Assembly: GCF_003704095.1 (NCBI RefSeq)
Contig: NW_020843620.1
Location: 1 to 64,000, forward strand
Length of the DNA stretch: 64,000 bases
From: Pocillopora damicornis
Lineage: Eukaryota
Reading direction: 5' to 3'
The notes below the pieces were generated by a model, which was not told where the DNA came from, did not search any database, and saw only the letters and a list, made by a program, of their open reading frames with translations. Positions 25,089 through 35,404 of this stretch are shown here, in pieces (position 1 is the stretch's first letter; every line of letters starts with the position of its first letter). Position numbers and translations under genes: made by a program.

Positions 25089-28000
25089 GTGATCAAAATA
25101 AACTAAATGTAAAACTGAATGTACTTCCTAACTGAATGAAGACATGTCTTTCATAATCTCTGGTTGAAGGCTCCATCACATTTTTTTGTTTGATCTTGTT
25201 ATATTTAACTAAGATTCCATATGCTTTCCTAATAAAAAAATCCCCCTCTCTGGTGACCTCTCAATCTCTTTGTAGTTTTCCTTTGACTCTGTTCTCTAAC
25301 TTCATCATCATTCTGTTTGTATCCTTCTAATGGTGATGTTTTGCTTTCCATGTGACACAGATTGAGGCATCTAAGTTGTTTAATAATGTTGAACAAATAT
25401 ATGAAGTCAATTTAGCATTTTGGACAGAACATCTTAGCAAGGTTGTTGAATATGTAAGTGTATTTTTACCTGCTTCTTGGGTACATGTATTTTATTAATG
25501 ATAACATTTTCACCTGTGTTTTAGAGATAAGAGATAGGTAGAAAATTGTCTAATTATTCCACTTTCTTGCAGGCAAGGAAAACAAAAGATCTGCTAAATC
25601 CTTTGGATATGGAAGCTGGGTTCAACATGGTGAGAGGAAAAATTCATAGATAAAATTTCTTGGAAATGTAGAATCTGAATGAATATCTCTAGTCAGCTAA
25701 TGAGGTTTACAAGAGCCCTGCTAAGTGATGGTAGCAAAGGGGCAAGGGGGGGTGGGTCCTGACCCATTTTGTGCTGGAGTTTTTTAAAAAATTCATGCAT
25801 CATGTATATTGTAAACAACTCTTCACATGTCACAAATTTAAGAAGGGAAAACTTCAATTTTCTCTTCTTGTATGCAAGGTTTCAGAGAAGTCTTAAGGTT
25901 TTCAGCAAATGAAATGAAAATGAAAGAGAAAAATCTGCATGTTGGTTCTTAAAATTTATGAATCATGTTTGCCTTTCTGTCAAATCCATGCTTTCACATA
26001 TTAATTTTGGCCTCAATCACATGTCACATGTAAACCAGCCATTTGCCATCCATTACTGCTGTGTTATGAATGATGAAGCCTTAAACTAGACTTTGAGTAT
26101 TGGTAACTTGTCTCAGCTCTTTTGTGATGTATCTGTAACATTTCTTTGCTATTTTTGTGTAGTTCGAGGCTCAGTTTGATCCATACATAAAGTACTGCAT
26201 GGAGGAGTCTAAATGTTTGAAATACTACAAGGAAAAGCTGGTTGAGAATGAAGATTTCAAGACGTACATCACTGTAAGAGGACTAGAATAGATTTAGTTC
26301 CAACTGTTACTCGTACATCAGCAATTTCCTTTTTTTCTGTGACAACATAATTGAAGAAAACAGTCTATTAAGGACATTAAAAATTCCTATTCAACAGAAT
26401 GACCTTATTTTGCCAAAGGTCTGAAAGAGATCAATCACATCTTGTTCCCTAAGAGTTACTAGCATCAAATTTCTCCTTACTTTACACCCCTGAATCAAAC
26501 ATCAAGATCATGAGAACAAAGCAAATGATCACCAACTTAAAGCTAAAGAAGCTCTTGATTTATAAAATAAACCTCTCCTTGTCAGCACCTTTGGAAAATA
26601 TGAAGAGAACAAAATGTAAAATATGCATACTGATGAAAAGGGTTAAGTCTCATGTTTAATAACATTACCATAAAATCAACTGATCATTTTTCATCAACCA
26701 AATGCTTGACATTTGACCAAGAGTTTAACTTTTGTTCAAGTTTGTTGCAATATTAGCCACTGTCACTGACAAAACTCATTTTCAAGACTTATGCACAGTC
26801 ACACTGTACAAATGCATTTAACTATTGTATTTAATTGTTGTTGTTTCTTCTTTCATGAGTAGTGGTGTGAAGATCACAGGTTTTGCACTGACCGGCTGAA
26901 GTTAACTGACTTGTTGGTTTGGCCCATGCAAAGAGTTACAAAATACCATCTTCTATTGAAAGCCATTGGTAACAAAACCATGGAGGAAGACACTAAAGAT
27001 GTTCTCAACAGAATGGTAAGATTTGTGTAAAACTAGACAAATGTTAAGTACATGTATGTCATGCACTGTTTTCTGCTAACCCCAGAAACACAGAAGCACT
27101 TGAAGTTATATTTTGCAAGCAAGCTTTTGTTATTGGCACTCTTACACAAACATTTCTTAGCCACGAGAAAGTCTGAGTCCTTGAAGCAAGCCTGTGAGAA
27201 GCCTTTTCCTTGTCATGTCTCAAATCTTTCACATGGGCATAGAAACACATGTCCTGCAGCACTGGTTATGTGGACTTGCTCACAGTCTATTAGGTCAGTT
27301 CACTCAGATAGCTCACGTACTTCTTCAGGTGTGACTGTAATTTGTAACAATGTTTACTTTTTCCCTTTAATGCAGAGAGTTAAAGTGGAAACATTTGTGA
27401 GTAAAGTAAATGCTGCCATGAAGGAGAGGCACGAGTTGGAAAAACTCAAAGCAACTGCAGTGAAGATTCACAACAACTACAGTGTTGTAGAAGCTGTCAA
27501 TGAGGAGATGGAAAAGGTATTAGGAAGGAAACCTTATTTCTCTCTTCTTTATGTGGACAATTTTGAAAAGACAATTAACCCTTTAACCTCCAAGAGTGAT
27601 GAGCACCAAGTTTCTCCTTACAGTAACGCCACTCAAGAAGACATTAAGGTCATGAGACTAAGGAAAATGGTCACCAACTAAAAGGCTTTTGATTGATAGA
27701 AAAACTCCCCTGTCAGTTCCATAGGAAGTGTATGGAATACATTTTGGAGAATATGCATGCTGATATTAGTATATAAAGGGTTGAAAGGGAAATAGAAAAT
27801 CATTAAAGTTATAGGGTGATATGAAGCGAATTTCGTAGTGCAATTGGTATCTTACAAAAACCATGTTATTGAAACAAGAGAAATTATATTTGATTATGAA
27901 TTGGCTCTAATATTTCTGTCTTTTTTACTCAGATTCTCCAAGATTACAGCTCATACGACCTCACCAGACCTATGCCTGGTTTAACTGATGATCAACATCG

Positions 28001-31000
28001 TAGTGTCATTCATGAGGGAAATCTGAGGCTTCTTGAAAAACAGGGAAAAGTGAGTAAAAGGCATTACTAATTGCAAACTATAACTGCTGGTAAACTAGAT
28101 GTCAGATTCTGAAACTTGCTGCTTTGTTGTTATTCCTTGTATAGTAACCATTTCACGCTGAGTGGTTACCAGACAATATTTCTCCTCACAATGTCAGCCC
28201 ATTTGAGAACAGAAAGATGATCAGAAAAAAAGAAAAGAGTCAGTTTGTAGCTGTTGCTTGATTCAAACCAAACTGTTGGAGTTTAACTTTGAAGGGATTT
28301 GAAGTTGAGAGGGTGGTGCATTTTATTAGCTCTTGGGAGTGAAATGGCTAACAACCATCGTGTTGACCTCAATTGAAAAATCTTTTCTTTGCAGATGGAT
28401 GTCTATGTTTTTCTCTTTACTGATTTACTTCTCATAACCAAAGCAAAGAAAGCTGATAAATTCAAAGTGATCAAACCGGTGAGTTAGCAAAAAGTGTTAT
28501 TGACTCTTAAGAAATAAAAATCAAGTCAGACACTAAACTTGCACATCCTGCTGGGGCTCTCCATTCTCCTTGGGTAGTGTTACAGACAACTACATCAAAC
28601 TGGTCAGAGATCCATGTAATAGTTATGTACTTCTGCATAGGGTTTTGCAGTACATAAGAAGATTAAGATATGATGAAAGAAGGTGCATGAGAAAGAAAGC
28701 TCTAAGTGACCTTTCATAGACTGTATTATGCTAATGTGAAATTGTCATGTGAAACAGAAAATTTCTGTATCATATGAGAATTCAGTTTAGCAGTAAGTTG
28801 TTATCCACTCATCCCTTCAAGTGGTGATATAAATTGATCTGATGTAGTACATCAGATTCTGATGTATTACTATCAATTATTGTTAAATCATTATTGAATA
28901 AAACAATAATTTTTGAATTAGCATTGATAATCATCAAATTGATGTTCTGCTCCTTTTTTATTTAGCCTCTCCAAGTGGATAAGCTAGTCACTGCCAAGGA
29001 TCAAGGAGGTACAGTTCTTTGTGTTCCTTTTGTTTTCCTTAAGAAGATGTCCCTCATCTCTAGTTAGAAAAAAAATTATAGTGTGCAATGCATCTCCTGT
29101 GTGTTTTATCTGAATGTACCACTCCCACTTGTCAATGCCTCCTTGGAATTGATGTAAGTTGCAATGAAAATGATGAACTTTGATTATTTTTATTACCCTA
29201 GGGACCTTCTTACTTATTTATGTGAATGAGTACAACATAGCTGTACAAGCATTTGCTCTCCAAGGGACGGCAAGTGATCAGGCACAGTGGATGGATGCAA
29301 TAAAAAAGGCTCAGGTATAACTGAATCTTCAGTACCTAAAATATTGTTTTCTGCCGAAAAACCAGGGATACCTACTATAATTTCAGCTAACCATTGTGTT
29401 GGTACTTTCATGAATAAGAATGTATTTTAATTTTGGAAAGAGGAAAGGGAAGTTTTTATGCTAGATATCAACTTAATTTTCTTGAATGAGGGTAACTAAT
29501 CATATTACTATTTCTTAGAAATTTATCCATATATTAAGGTATTTGTTTTTTTTTTTCATTGTCTTAGAAATTGTTCATGGTTGCCAAATTGGGGCAGGGA
29601 TCTAGTAATGTACACCATATGCAAAATCCCAACGACAATGACCTTGTAAGTCCCTCAGGCCTTGTTACACCCTCTGGACTTTCACCGGCACTTCCTCGAC
29701 CTCAACGCCGCAGATCATCTGGGTCATCAATTATATCAGTGGAGTCTGATTCAGAAGACGAGCTAGGAATGAACTTTTCAACCTTAAATTCTCGTGCACG
29801 TTCTGACTCGGCATTGACCACAGGAAGCAGCACCCATTCCTCAGAAGTTAGAGGTAAAGAAGTAGCAACTAAATCAACTAAATATACAGATGGTGCTGCA
29901 TTACAACGACAGGAAGAAATACTTTCAGTAGAAGATGAACAGTTGCTAGAGGGAGCAATGGCTAAGTCACGGTCTGAATCTCTTGGAAAGATATCACGGT
30001 CCTCCTCCGCACCTCCGAAGGAACGACCACGTGTTGTGGATTCTAGTTCCCTGTCGAGATCTTCATCAGCCCCACAAGGGCCCACGTCTGTGCGTGTGGC
30101 AAGTCTAAGGGAAGCCATCATAATGAAGAGGAGAACTACAGAGGAGCAGGATGGATCTGTCACTTCTTCATCTGCATCATTAAATGACTCAGCAGGTGAT
30201 TCAGAGGTTCAGTCACCGTTGGCAAATGCAGCTGTTGATTTTTCATTAGTTCCTCCACCAAATTATCAACAAACTAACGAAGTCAGATCTGAGCCTCAGT
30301 CTCCAAATCAGGAAGACTCTGGTGGAGAATCACCCCGCACTCCTGCTGAGGAGAATAATATTCAGCCTCCTTCATCTCCTGAAAAAGGAGTCTCATCTTC
30401 TATGTCTGATAATGACTATGAAAGCAGCGAATATGCAGGAGAACAAGAGGAGGATTCTGTTGAGGAACCCCTCGAGTCTGAAGGTGATTTATCACCAAGT
30501 AAAGACTGTAGAATGGATCTTTCAGTTCCACAGGTGGGTCAAATGCAAGAATTTCAAGCCCTGCAAAATTTATCAGACTCTATGGAGGCAACTTTTAAAA
30601 GTAATGGACCCTCCAAACAACCGCCACTGATAAAATCTCAACTTATTGCTCAAGATAAGATCCAATCTGCAATAACAACGACAGAACAACCACGCAAGCG
30701 TATATCACTACCAAGAAGATCATCACCAGTGATTTCAAGAAAGACAAGACCTGAGAACATAATAAGACATCGTGATAGAGACAGTCATGATGTAAATGGA
30801 ATCATACAAAAAATTCGAGATGCATCTTCTGCATCAGCCACAGAAGCTACAATTTCAAATCAAGAGCGTGGGCACAAAGTGGGGAAACTTACAAAAAGGT
30901 CTTCTGAGTCTACCAGACTTCCTGTGAAGCCTGATAAGGCACACTATCCCACAAGTGTAGACCTGGAAGAATCCCAGGCAAAGGCTGAAAAAAAGAAGGA

Positions 31001-31367
31001 ACACTGTAATTCATTGTCGCGCACCAGAAAAAAGAGCATGTCTCTTTCAGACCTTCTGAATATAGGAAAAGACCTGACAAGTAATCGAGATAAAAATAAA
31101 GATAAAGAGGTGGACAAAGATAAATCACACCCAAAAAATTTGGAACCAACAAGTCCCTTGACTGATGAAGATGCCATTTCTCCTACTTCTGTTGATGAAC
31201 TTCGCTATAAAAGAGAAGAGAAAAGATCTCGCTTTAGTCGACTCCGCAGGAAGTCTAGTCGAGGTGTGGGAGAACTGAAGGATGGTATTGCGTCTGGTCC
31301 TGATATTGATCCTAAAAGAGCCTCAAGGCATTTCTTTAAGGAGTCTCTCATGTTGGAATCTTCGTAA
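11313..31367 (+). CDS. PLEKHG5: PLEKHG5/Syx-like RhoGEF (DH-PH), 24 coding exons
   Basis: Frame-consistent GT-AG exons: 11313-11325, 11652-11681, 12478-12548, 17303-17423, 18462-18555, 19839-19929, 20610-20707, 21405-21541, 22205-22440, 22877-23062, 23352-23456, 23809-23850, 23967-24062, 24419-24469, 25361-25453, 25573-25629, 26163-26273, 26863-27015, 27376-27516, 27933-28049, 28395-28478, 28966-29008, 29202-29314, 29568-31367. Motifs VCHHEDC..LCLRCD..HARFD, KKKPRRHNTEDP, FLDSSNTPL..LGGNTLHVR, QQEAMWELLSTE, RLKLTDLLVWPMQRVTKYHLLL and MDVYVFLFTDLLLITK match vertebrate PLEKHG5 as recalled. The first two micro-exons are less certain. Confidence 0.9.
12478..17423 (+). CDS. PLEKHG5: PLEKHG5-like N-terminal Cys/His-rich module (exons 12478-12548 and 17303-17423)
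   Basis: Spliced translation RLCQGRLCSSNVQTEKDFAVKVCHHEDCQETNYGNPLLLCLRCDEVHHLGAGSNHARFDVP. The second exon is absent from the ORF track. Confidence 0.8.
15463..15673. mobile_element. TTAA-ended ~210-bp MITE, subfamily B
   Basis: ttaacctttaactc...ggtaaagggttaa. Closely similar copies at 35057-35269, 51780-51982, 54615-54812 and a partial inverted copy at 40090-40207. Confidence 0.8.
18161..18362. mobile_element. TTAA-ended ~200-bp MITE, subfamily A
   Basis: ccctttaacccctaa...gaccagcatctaatttctccttacaatatcacccctgaatc...ttagggtgtaaaggg; multiple copies in the window. Confidence 0.8.
18617..18824. mobile_element. MITE subfamily A, diverged copy
   Basis: Colinear with 18161-18362 (tctccttacaatat, aaagaagctcttgat, ggagaatatg, gtgtaaaggg). 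Confidence 0.7.
20610..21541 (+). CDS. PLEKHG5: PLEKHG5-like RBD/ubiquitin-like domain exons (20610-20707, 21405-21541)
   Basis: DPGREFFSIKFFDNKSGESHVEVVPALKGKSLRESIEPLFEAQEFSFSTHSVFLDSSNTPLPLAFDTFPLGGNTLHVR. Confidence 0.8.
20780..21056. mobile_element. MITE subfamily A copy (20780-20977) abutting an ~80-bp mini-MITE (20974-21056)
   Basis: ttaaccctctaaatcctaag...ttagggtg, followed by ttaactcttttaactcccag...cttgggagttaaagggttaa. Confidence 0.7.
21678..21881. mobile_element. Related TTAA-CCCT MITE, divergent subfamily
   Basis: ttaacccttcaccc...ctcctcacaatatca...ttttgggagtgtaaagg. Similar decayed copies at about 28125-28351 and 34698-34882. Confidence 0.55.
23967..27516 (+). CDS. PLEKHG5: DH (RhoGEF) domain exons
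   Basis: EAMWELLSTEAVYISKL...LFNNVEQIY...FDPYIKYCMEE...RLKLTDLLVWPMQRVTKYHLLLKAI, spread over seven short exons with phase-0 introns. Confidence 0.9.
24109..24319. mobile_element. MITE with ~25-bp imperfect terminal inverted repeats
   Basis: ataggccattttatagctgtgtact at the left, agtgcacaactgtaagatggactat at the right, plus inner inverted segments (gaggctgaaagtgacattgtt / aacaaggtcacccttagcctc). Confidence 0.65.
24597..25088 (+). mobile_element. tRNA-derived SINE with Deu/Nin-like central domain and (ATT)18 tail
   Basis: Pol III A box tagctcatgtgg and B box ggttcaagacc. The central part tcggataaggatgaaaagc...ggacattaaagaacccacacact resembles the Deu/Nin SINE domain from recall. 3' (ATT)n tail at 25035-25088. 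Confidence 0.75.
25035..25088 (+). repeat. (ATT)18 microsatellite (SINE tail)
   Basis: Perfect trinucleotide run. Confidence 0.95.
26445..26646. mobile_element. MITE subfamily A copy
   Basis: cctaagagttactagcatcaaatttctccttac...atatgcatactgatgaaaagggttaa. Confidence 0.7.
27575..27784. mobile_element. MITE subfamily A copy
   Basis: ttaaccctttaacctccaagagtga...tataaagggttga. It accounts for the spurious C-terminal part of ORF 27052-27681. Confidence 0.75.
27933..29314 (+). CDS. PLEKHG5: PH domain exons
   Basis: RSVIHEGNLRLLEKQGKMDVYVFLFTDLLLITK...TFLLIYVNEY...QWMDAIKKAQ. Confidence 0.88.
29568..31367 (+). CDS. PLEKHG5: Large exon encoding the disordered Ser/Glu-rich C-terminal tail of the RhoGEF
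   Basis: Acceptor gtcttag ends at 29567, in frame with the PH exons. Corresponds to the 598-aa ORF 29571-31367. Confidence 0.85.
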   Translation, partial: KLFMVAKLGQGSSNVHHMQNPNDNDLVSPSGLVTPSGLSPALPRPQRRRSSGSSIISVESDSEDELGMNFSTLNSRARSDSALTTGSSTHSSEVRGKEVATKSTKYTDGAALQRQEEILSVEDEQLLEGAMAKSRSESLGKISRSSSAPPKERPRVVDSSSLSRSSSAPQGPTSVRVASLREAIIMKRRTTEEQDGSVTSSSASLNDSAGDSEVQSPLANAAVDFSLVPPPNYQQTNEVRSEPQSPNQEDSGGESPRTPAEENNIQPPSSPEKGVSSSMSDNDYESSEYAGEQEEDSVEEPLESEGDLSPSKDCRMDLSVPQVGQMQEFQALQNLSDSMEATFKSNGPSKQPPLIKSQLIAQDKIQSAITTTEQPRKRISLPRRSSPVISRKTRPENIIRHRDRDSHDVNGIIQKIRDASSASATEATISNQERGHKVGKLTKRSSESTRLPVKPDKAHYPTSVDLEESQAKAEKKKEHCNSLSRTRKKSMSLSDLLNIGKDLTSNRDKNKDKEVDKDKSHPKNLEPTSPLTDEDAISPTSVDELRYKREEKRSRFSRLRRKSSRGVGELKDGIASGPDIDPKRASRHFFKESLMLESS

Positions 31368-32419
31368 GTAGTTTTGTTTGTGGAAAGTTGATGCTTTGAT
31401 TATTTTGAGAACTGGTTACCACCAAATGATTGCATCTGAATGTCTTGAGCTATAATTTTTCATGTCAAAACTGGCTTGATAATTTTTGTTAGCCTTTGCT
31501 TTGAATTGCTTTTATCCCTGGTTTGAAATTTATGGAGGGCATGCTAAATGATAAATTGTCTTTCAGTATGACAAAATGCTCTAGAAAATTTTTTTTAATT
31601 TGGTGGTAGCCAGGCACAAGAAACTGTAAGTACCGTTCTATATCAGCACTCACACACCACTAGTTCAGACGTGTTAATCTGTGATCATTCTAATGGAGCC
31701 AATAATTGCAACTTACCACCTGCAATGTCATGAATGTTAATCTCACTTTGTAACATCTAGAATTTTAATTATAATCCATTTTCAGGCCTCAACCTGTAGG
31801 TTAGTAAACCCTTGTAACAAGTGGATCAATTACAGTCAATAAGGGATTGGTGTGAAATGTAAGAAGGTCGCTTTTGAGTCACTGTTGAAACTTGCAGAAA
31901 AATTCAGAAAAATTCAGAAAAATTCCATAGTAAATGTTGACTCAAGGGAAACCAGTTAATCTTGAACCACTTGAAATGCTTGAAACACCAGCTCAGGCTC
32001 AGAGTGGACAAGTTCACCCTTTGGTGTGCATGTTTAAAGAGGACTGTTGAGAAGTGAGTGGCAGTGACTCTTAGTGAGCTCCTTCTGATTTATGCTTTTG
32101 CACCTATCCTTCCTTGACATAAACCTTTTGGGATAAATGAAAATCACAAATTATTGGATGGTAAGATTGGCAAGATATTGATCCAAATTCTGAATCTCTA
32201 AATAAATTTATTTTACATAACATGAATAACTCCCAATGGAAGTGGATGATAAATAAATGTGAATTTATTTTTACAATTTACTCTGGCACAATTTTAAATT
32301 TAAGAGAATATTATTTCCAAAAGATATAATACAAATACCATATGAATCTTGTTTTCAGTCAATTATCTTGAGAATTTTATTGTGTAATCTCTGAAACTTT
32401 AGTGGTCATATTTTTCCAG

Positions 32420-32678
32420 TAATAGCGGAGCTCGCAGAGCGTAGCCCCATAATTATACAAAAGAGAAGTAACCCATCAAGCCGAAAAAAATTTGGATGTA
32501 CGACCGTACGACCGTACAAGGTGCTACTTTTAACATGCGTGGTCAACTGTGCACCGGGCTCCGAGTCGGACGACCCGGGTTCTAGTCCTAGCCGGGGCAA
32601 GGCGTTGTGCCCTTGAGACGTGCGGGGGAAAAAAAAGAATGCGAGCTCCGCTTTTAGGCTTGGCTAAATCTATATATT
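32420..32678 (+). mobile_element. Helentron/HINE (DINE-1-like) non-autonomous element containing a tRNA/SINE-head fragment
   Basis: Subterminal inverted repeats gcggagctcgca and tgcgagctccgc, a short (gtacgacc) tandem repeat, a 3' hairpin tttag-gcttgg-ctaaa and an internal B-box-like ggttctagtcc. CpG-rich against CpG-poor flanks. Confidence 0.55.
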
Positions 32679-35056
32679 TTATGGAGTCGTTTAAGCGTCC
32701 AGCTCTGCCAATTGTCTTTTATTTATTAATTTTTAAATTTAACTTAATGAATGAATGCAATTTCTCTTTAAGCTGTCACTCTTTCTTTTCTTTTCTAAGA
32801 GTAAACAAATGTGCAGTATAATAACCAGGATAGCAAATTGCAAGGACTTAAATTCTGTGCATTGTAAAAGTTAGATCTGGTAGAATTAAGGAAACAAACA
32901 ATTTTAATTTTAATCACATCAAAAATTACACGAGACAATCAATTTCTTCTAATTTTTTTTTAACCTACCAAGCATAGCTTTAATTTTTTTTTAATTTTAA
33001 AGTTTTTAATAAATTTGTATCTAATATTTAATATTTAATATTTAATATCTAATATTTTATATTTAACAGTATTAATGAATAAAGTTCTATGTCTGTTTCT
33101 ACATTGTTGTTTAACATCTCATTTGTGGTGTTTTTACAAATTTTAAAATAATTGTTTTCTTTTCAAATTTTAATTTCTTAACTAAGTTGGTGATCTTCAT
33201 AATACTAAAAAGCCTAAGTTATAACATAGGCATCAGATGGTAAACTTTTTAAAAGTTTTATATCGTTTTCTTGAAATTCTCAACCATTTGTTGTCTTTAG
33301 AATTAAAGTCAGGATTACTGACTTGTTTAATTGTAGGAAGTGTTTTAAAGTAAGACAGTTTGAAGCCATCAAATTGAAAGAACTGCAGCATGAAACAAAT
33401 TCTACCCCTAAAGTAAAGTCTAAACTTGAAACTACAATAATGAATCCTAATATGTTATTCCAGATCTATATTAGCATGGAATATGAAAGAGAAAAAGTTA
33501 TTTCTACCCTAGATGATCATGATGCAGAATTGTCCATGAAATGTTAAATCCAAGCTATGCTTTTTACTAAGCAACTCAAGTTGCACACAACTGCTGTGCA
33601 AGTTTCTTTGACTTTGCTGTAGTACTTCACTGCAGCGGAAGCCATCTCTATATTCCCTCCTTCTCTGAAACCAAAGCTTTTATTTTCCTGTGTGACACAA
33701 GCACCATGATAACTCTTTGCACAGAGTTAACTGCACCATCAAATTGTTGACATACTGTTTTGGACAATCTTAAAGGCCATGTTGTGTTTTAGGTAGAAGT
33801 TGTAGTCCTGAAATGCATCAAGGCTTGCGGTCGGCAGGTATTTGAGTGTGTGATTACAAGCAGCATGCTCAATGCTTGTATATTTTTACCTTTGTTTGTG
33901 AAAAATTGAAGTAAACCTCTACCCTCCTAAACTGCGCTGCAACTATGCCGTGATGCTCCAGTTGCTATGAAAAATAACCGATTTAATGGACTCGCAATTA
34001 CCTACAAACCAATCCTGAAGATCATGTTAATTATTTATTTAAGGAATGAAGGTCTTGATTCTGAATTGATGTGATTACCTAAATGAATTTGGTGAAGTGA
34101 TGCTCTGAAATTCAAACTCTGTTTGTCTAGTGTTCAAAAGTTTTATGTATTTTATTTACCGCTTAAAGTTTTTAACCACTAATAACTGTAATATTTATTC
34201 TGTCGGTAACCTTTGGCCTAAAAACGTTCATATAGATAAGTAATTTCCACTTACAGCTTTTTCTCTTGAAGAACAAAGACAACAAACCAAAGAATTTCAA
34301 GAACCAAATAATTCTGTCTTCCAGTGAAGATAACCTCACGTTTAGCTTTAGCCAGCTTATCATATGTAGCAATGCTTTTTCTGCAGTTGTGCTATTTGTC
34401 AAAGTAATTCGCTTTTGATCACTGCTGACCCAATTGACACTTAAAGTTACAGAATATATGCTTAAATTTCCCAGGCAAAGAAGAGGGAGCTAGAAATTTC
34501 CTGTGTCCCACTAGCTCTATGCGCAATCTTTTTGCAGGAGATACATAAAGCTTGCCAGCAATAGTAAAATAAGCTGCTTTTGATATCTTAAATTTCCTAT
34601 ATAGAGGCTTAGGAGACACAAACGAAAGGAATCCAACAAGCATACTTATTTATTCCTTTTGTTTTTGTCCTCAAAGCTGTGCTGTTAAAATGAGTTTTAA
34701 CCCTGAAAGCCACTAGAATGATCAACAAAATTCTCCTCTCAATATTAGCTCACTAGCACAAGGAAATGTCACAAGAATCAAAGAACTGGTGACCATTGCC
34801 TTACGACCAAGTTGCCTTTACGAGAGAACGTATCAAAGTCATGTGCGATAATTTTGTGTTGAATCTGAGGCTTCAAGGGTTGATACATCAAAAGAGCTTA
34901 TTTCAGGCTCTGTATATGACAGAGACAGAGAAGGAGAGGGAAGATGGAGTACTGGGAATGAGTTTTTTTTTTTTCCCGAGAGAAGTGGGACAAGACAGGG
35001 AGGACTGGTTACCACACCCCAAAGGAAATTCGAAAAGGCGCTTGATCCTTTCTTCG

Positions 35057-35269
35057 TTAACCCTTTTAACTCCCAAGATCTCGTTAGTATTTCTCTTTAC
35101 TTTCTCCCATACAGTTCTTGTGATGTTAGTTCGAAGAATTTGGTATTGGATCAACTTATAATCTCCTAGGTGATATTTTACTTTATTCTCATCACTTGTC
35201 TGCTTGATATTGTATTGATATTGTAAGGAGAAATTCTGTCTTGGTCACTCATGGAAGTTTAAGGGTTAA
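35057..35269. mobile_element. MITE subfamily B copy
   Basis: ttaacccttttaactcccaagatctc...gtttaagggttaa, with TTAA at both ends. Confidence 0.8.
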
Positions 35270-35391
35270 TGGTCTTCTTGGTGCTCCGTCGTTCTTCTCT
35301 TTCATGTGGGCGTCTGTCATGCAGCATGCATGTATGGTATTAATTTGGTCAAATCAACTTATTTTGTTTCATCATTTTCTTTTATTTCCAG

Positions 35392-35404
35392 GGAGTATGT
35401 ATAA
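35392..35404 (+). CDS. PLEKHG5: Probable alternative last coding exon of the RhoGEF, giving ...LESSEYV*
   Basis: Donor TC|GTAAGT overlaps the stop codon (intron starts 31364). A strong acceptor ttttcttttatttccag ends at 35391. The join reads TCG GAG TAT GTA TAA. Confidence 0.6.

Noticed and set aside
27052-27681. 209-aa ORF as a standalone gene
   Set aside because: It is intron sequence plus the real exon 27376-27516 plus a MITE.
29702-31177. Antisense and alternative-frame ORFs over the long RhoGEF exon (likewise those over 5744-7315 and the vWA exons)
   Set aside because: Shadow ORFs of real coding sequence with no independent signal.
32535-32600. tRNA gene
   Set aside because: Only the B-box/T-arm part is tRNA-like, and it is embedded in a repeat element.
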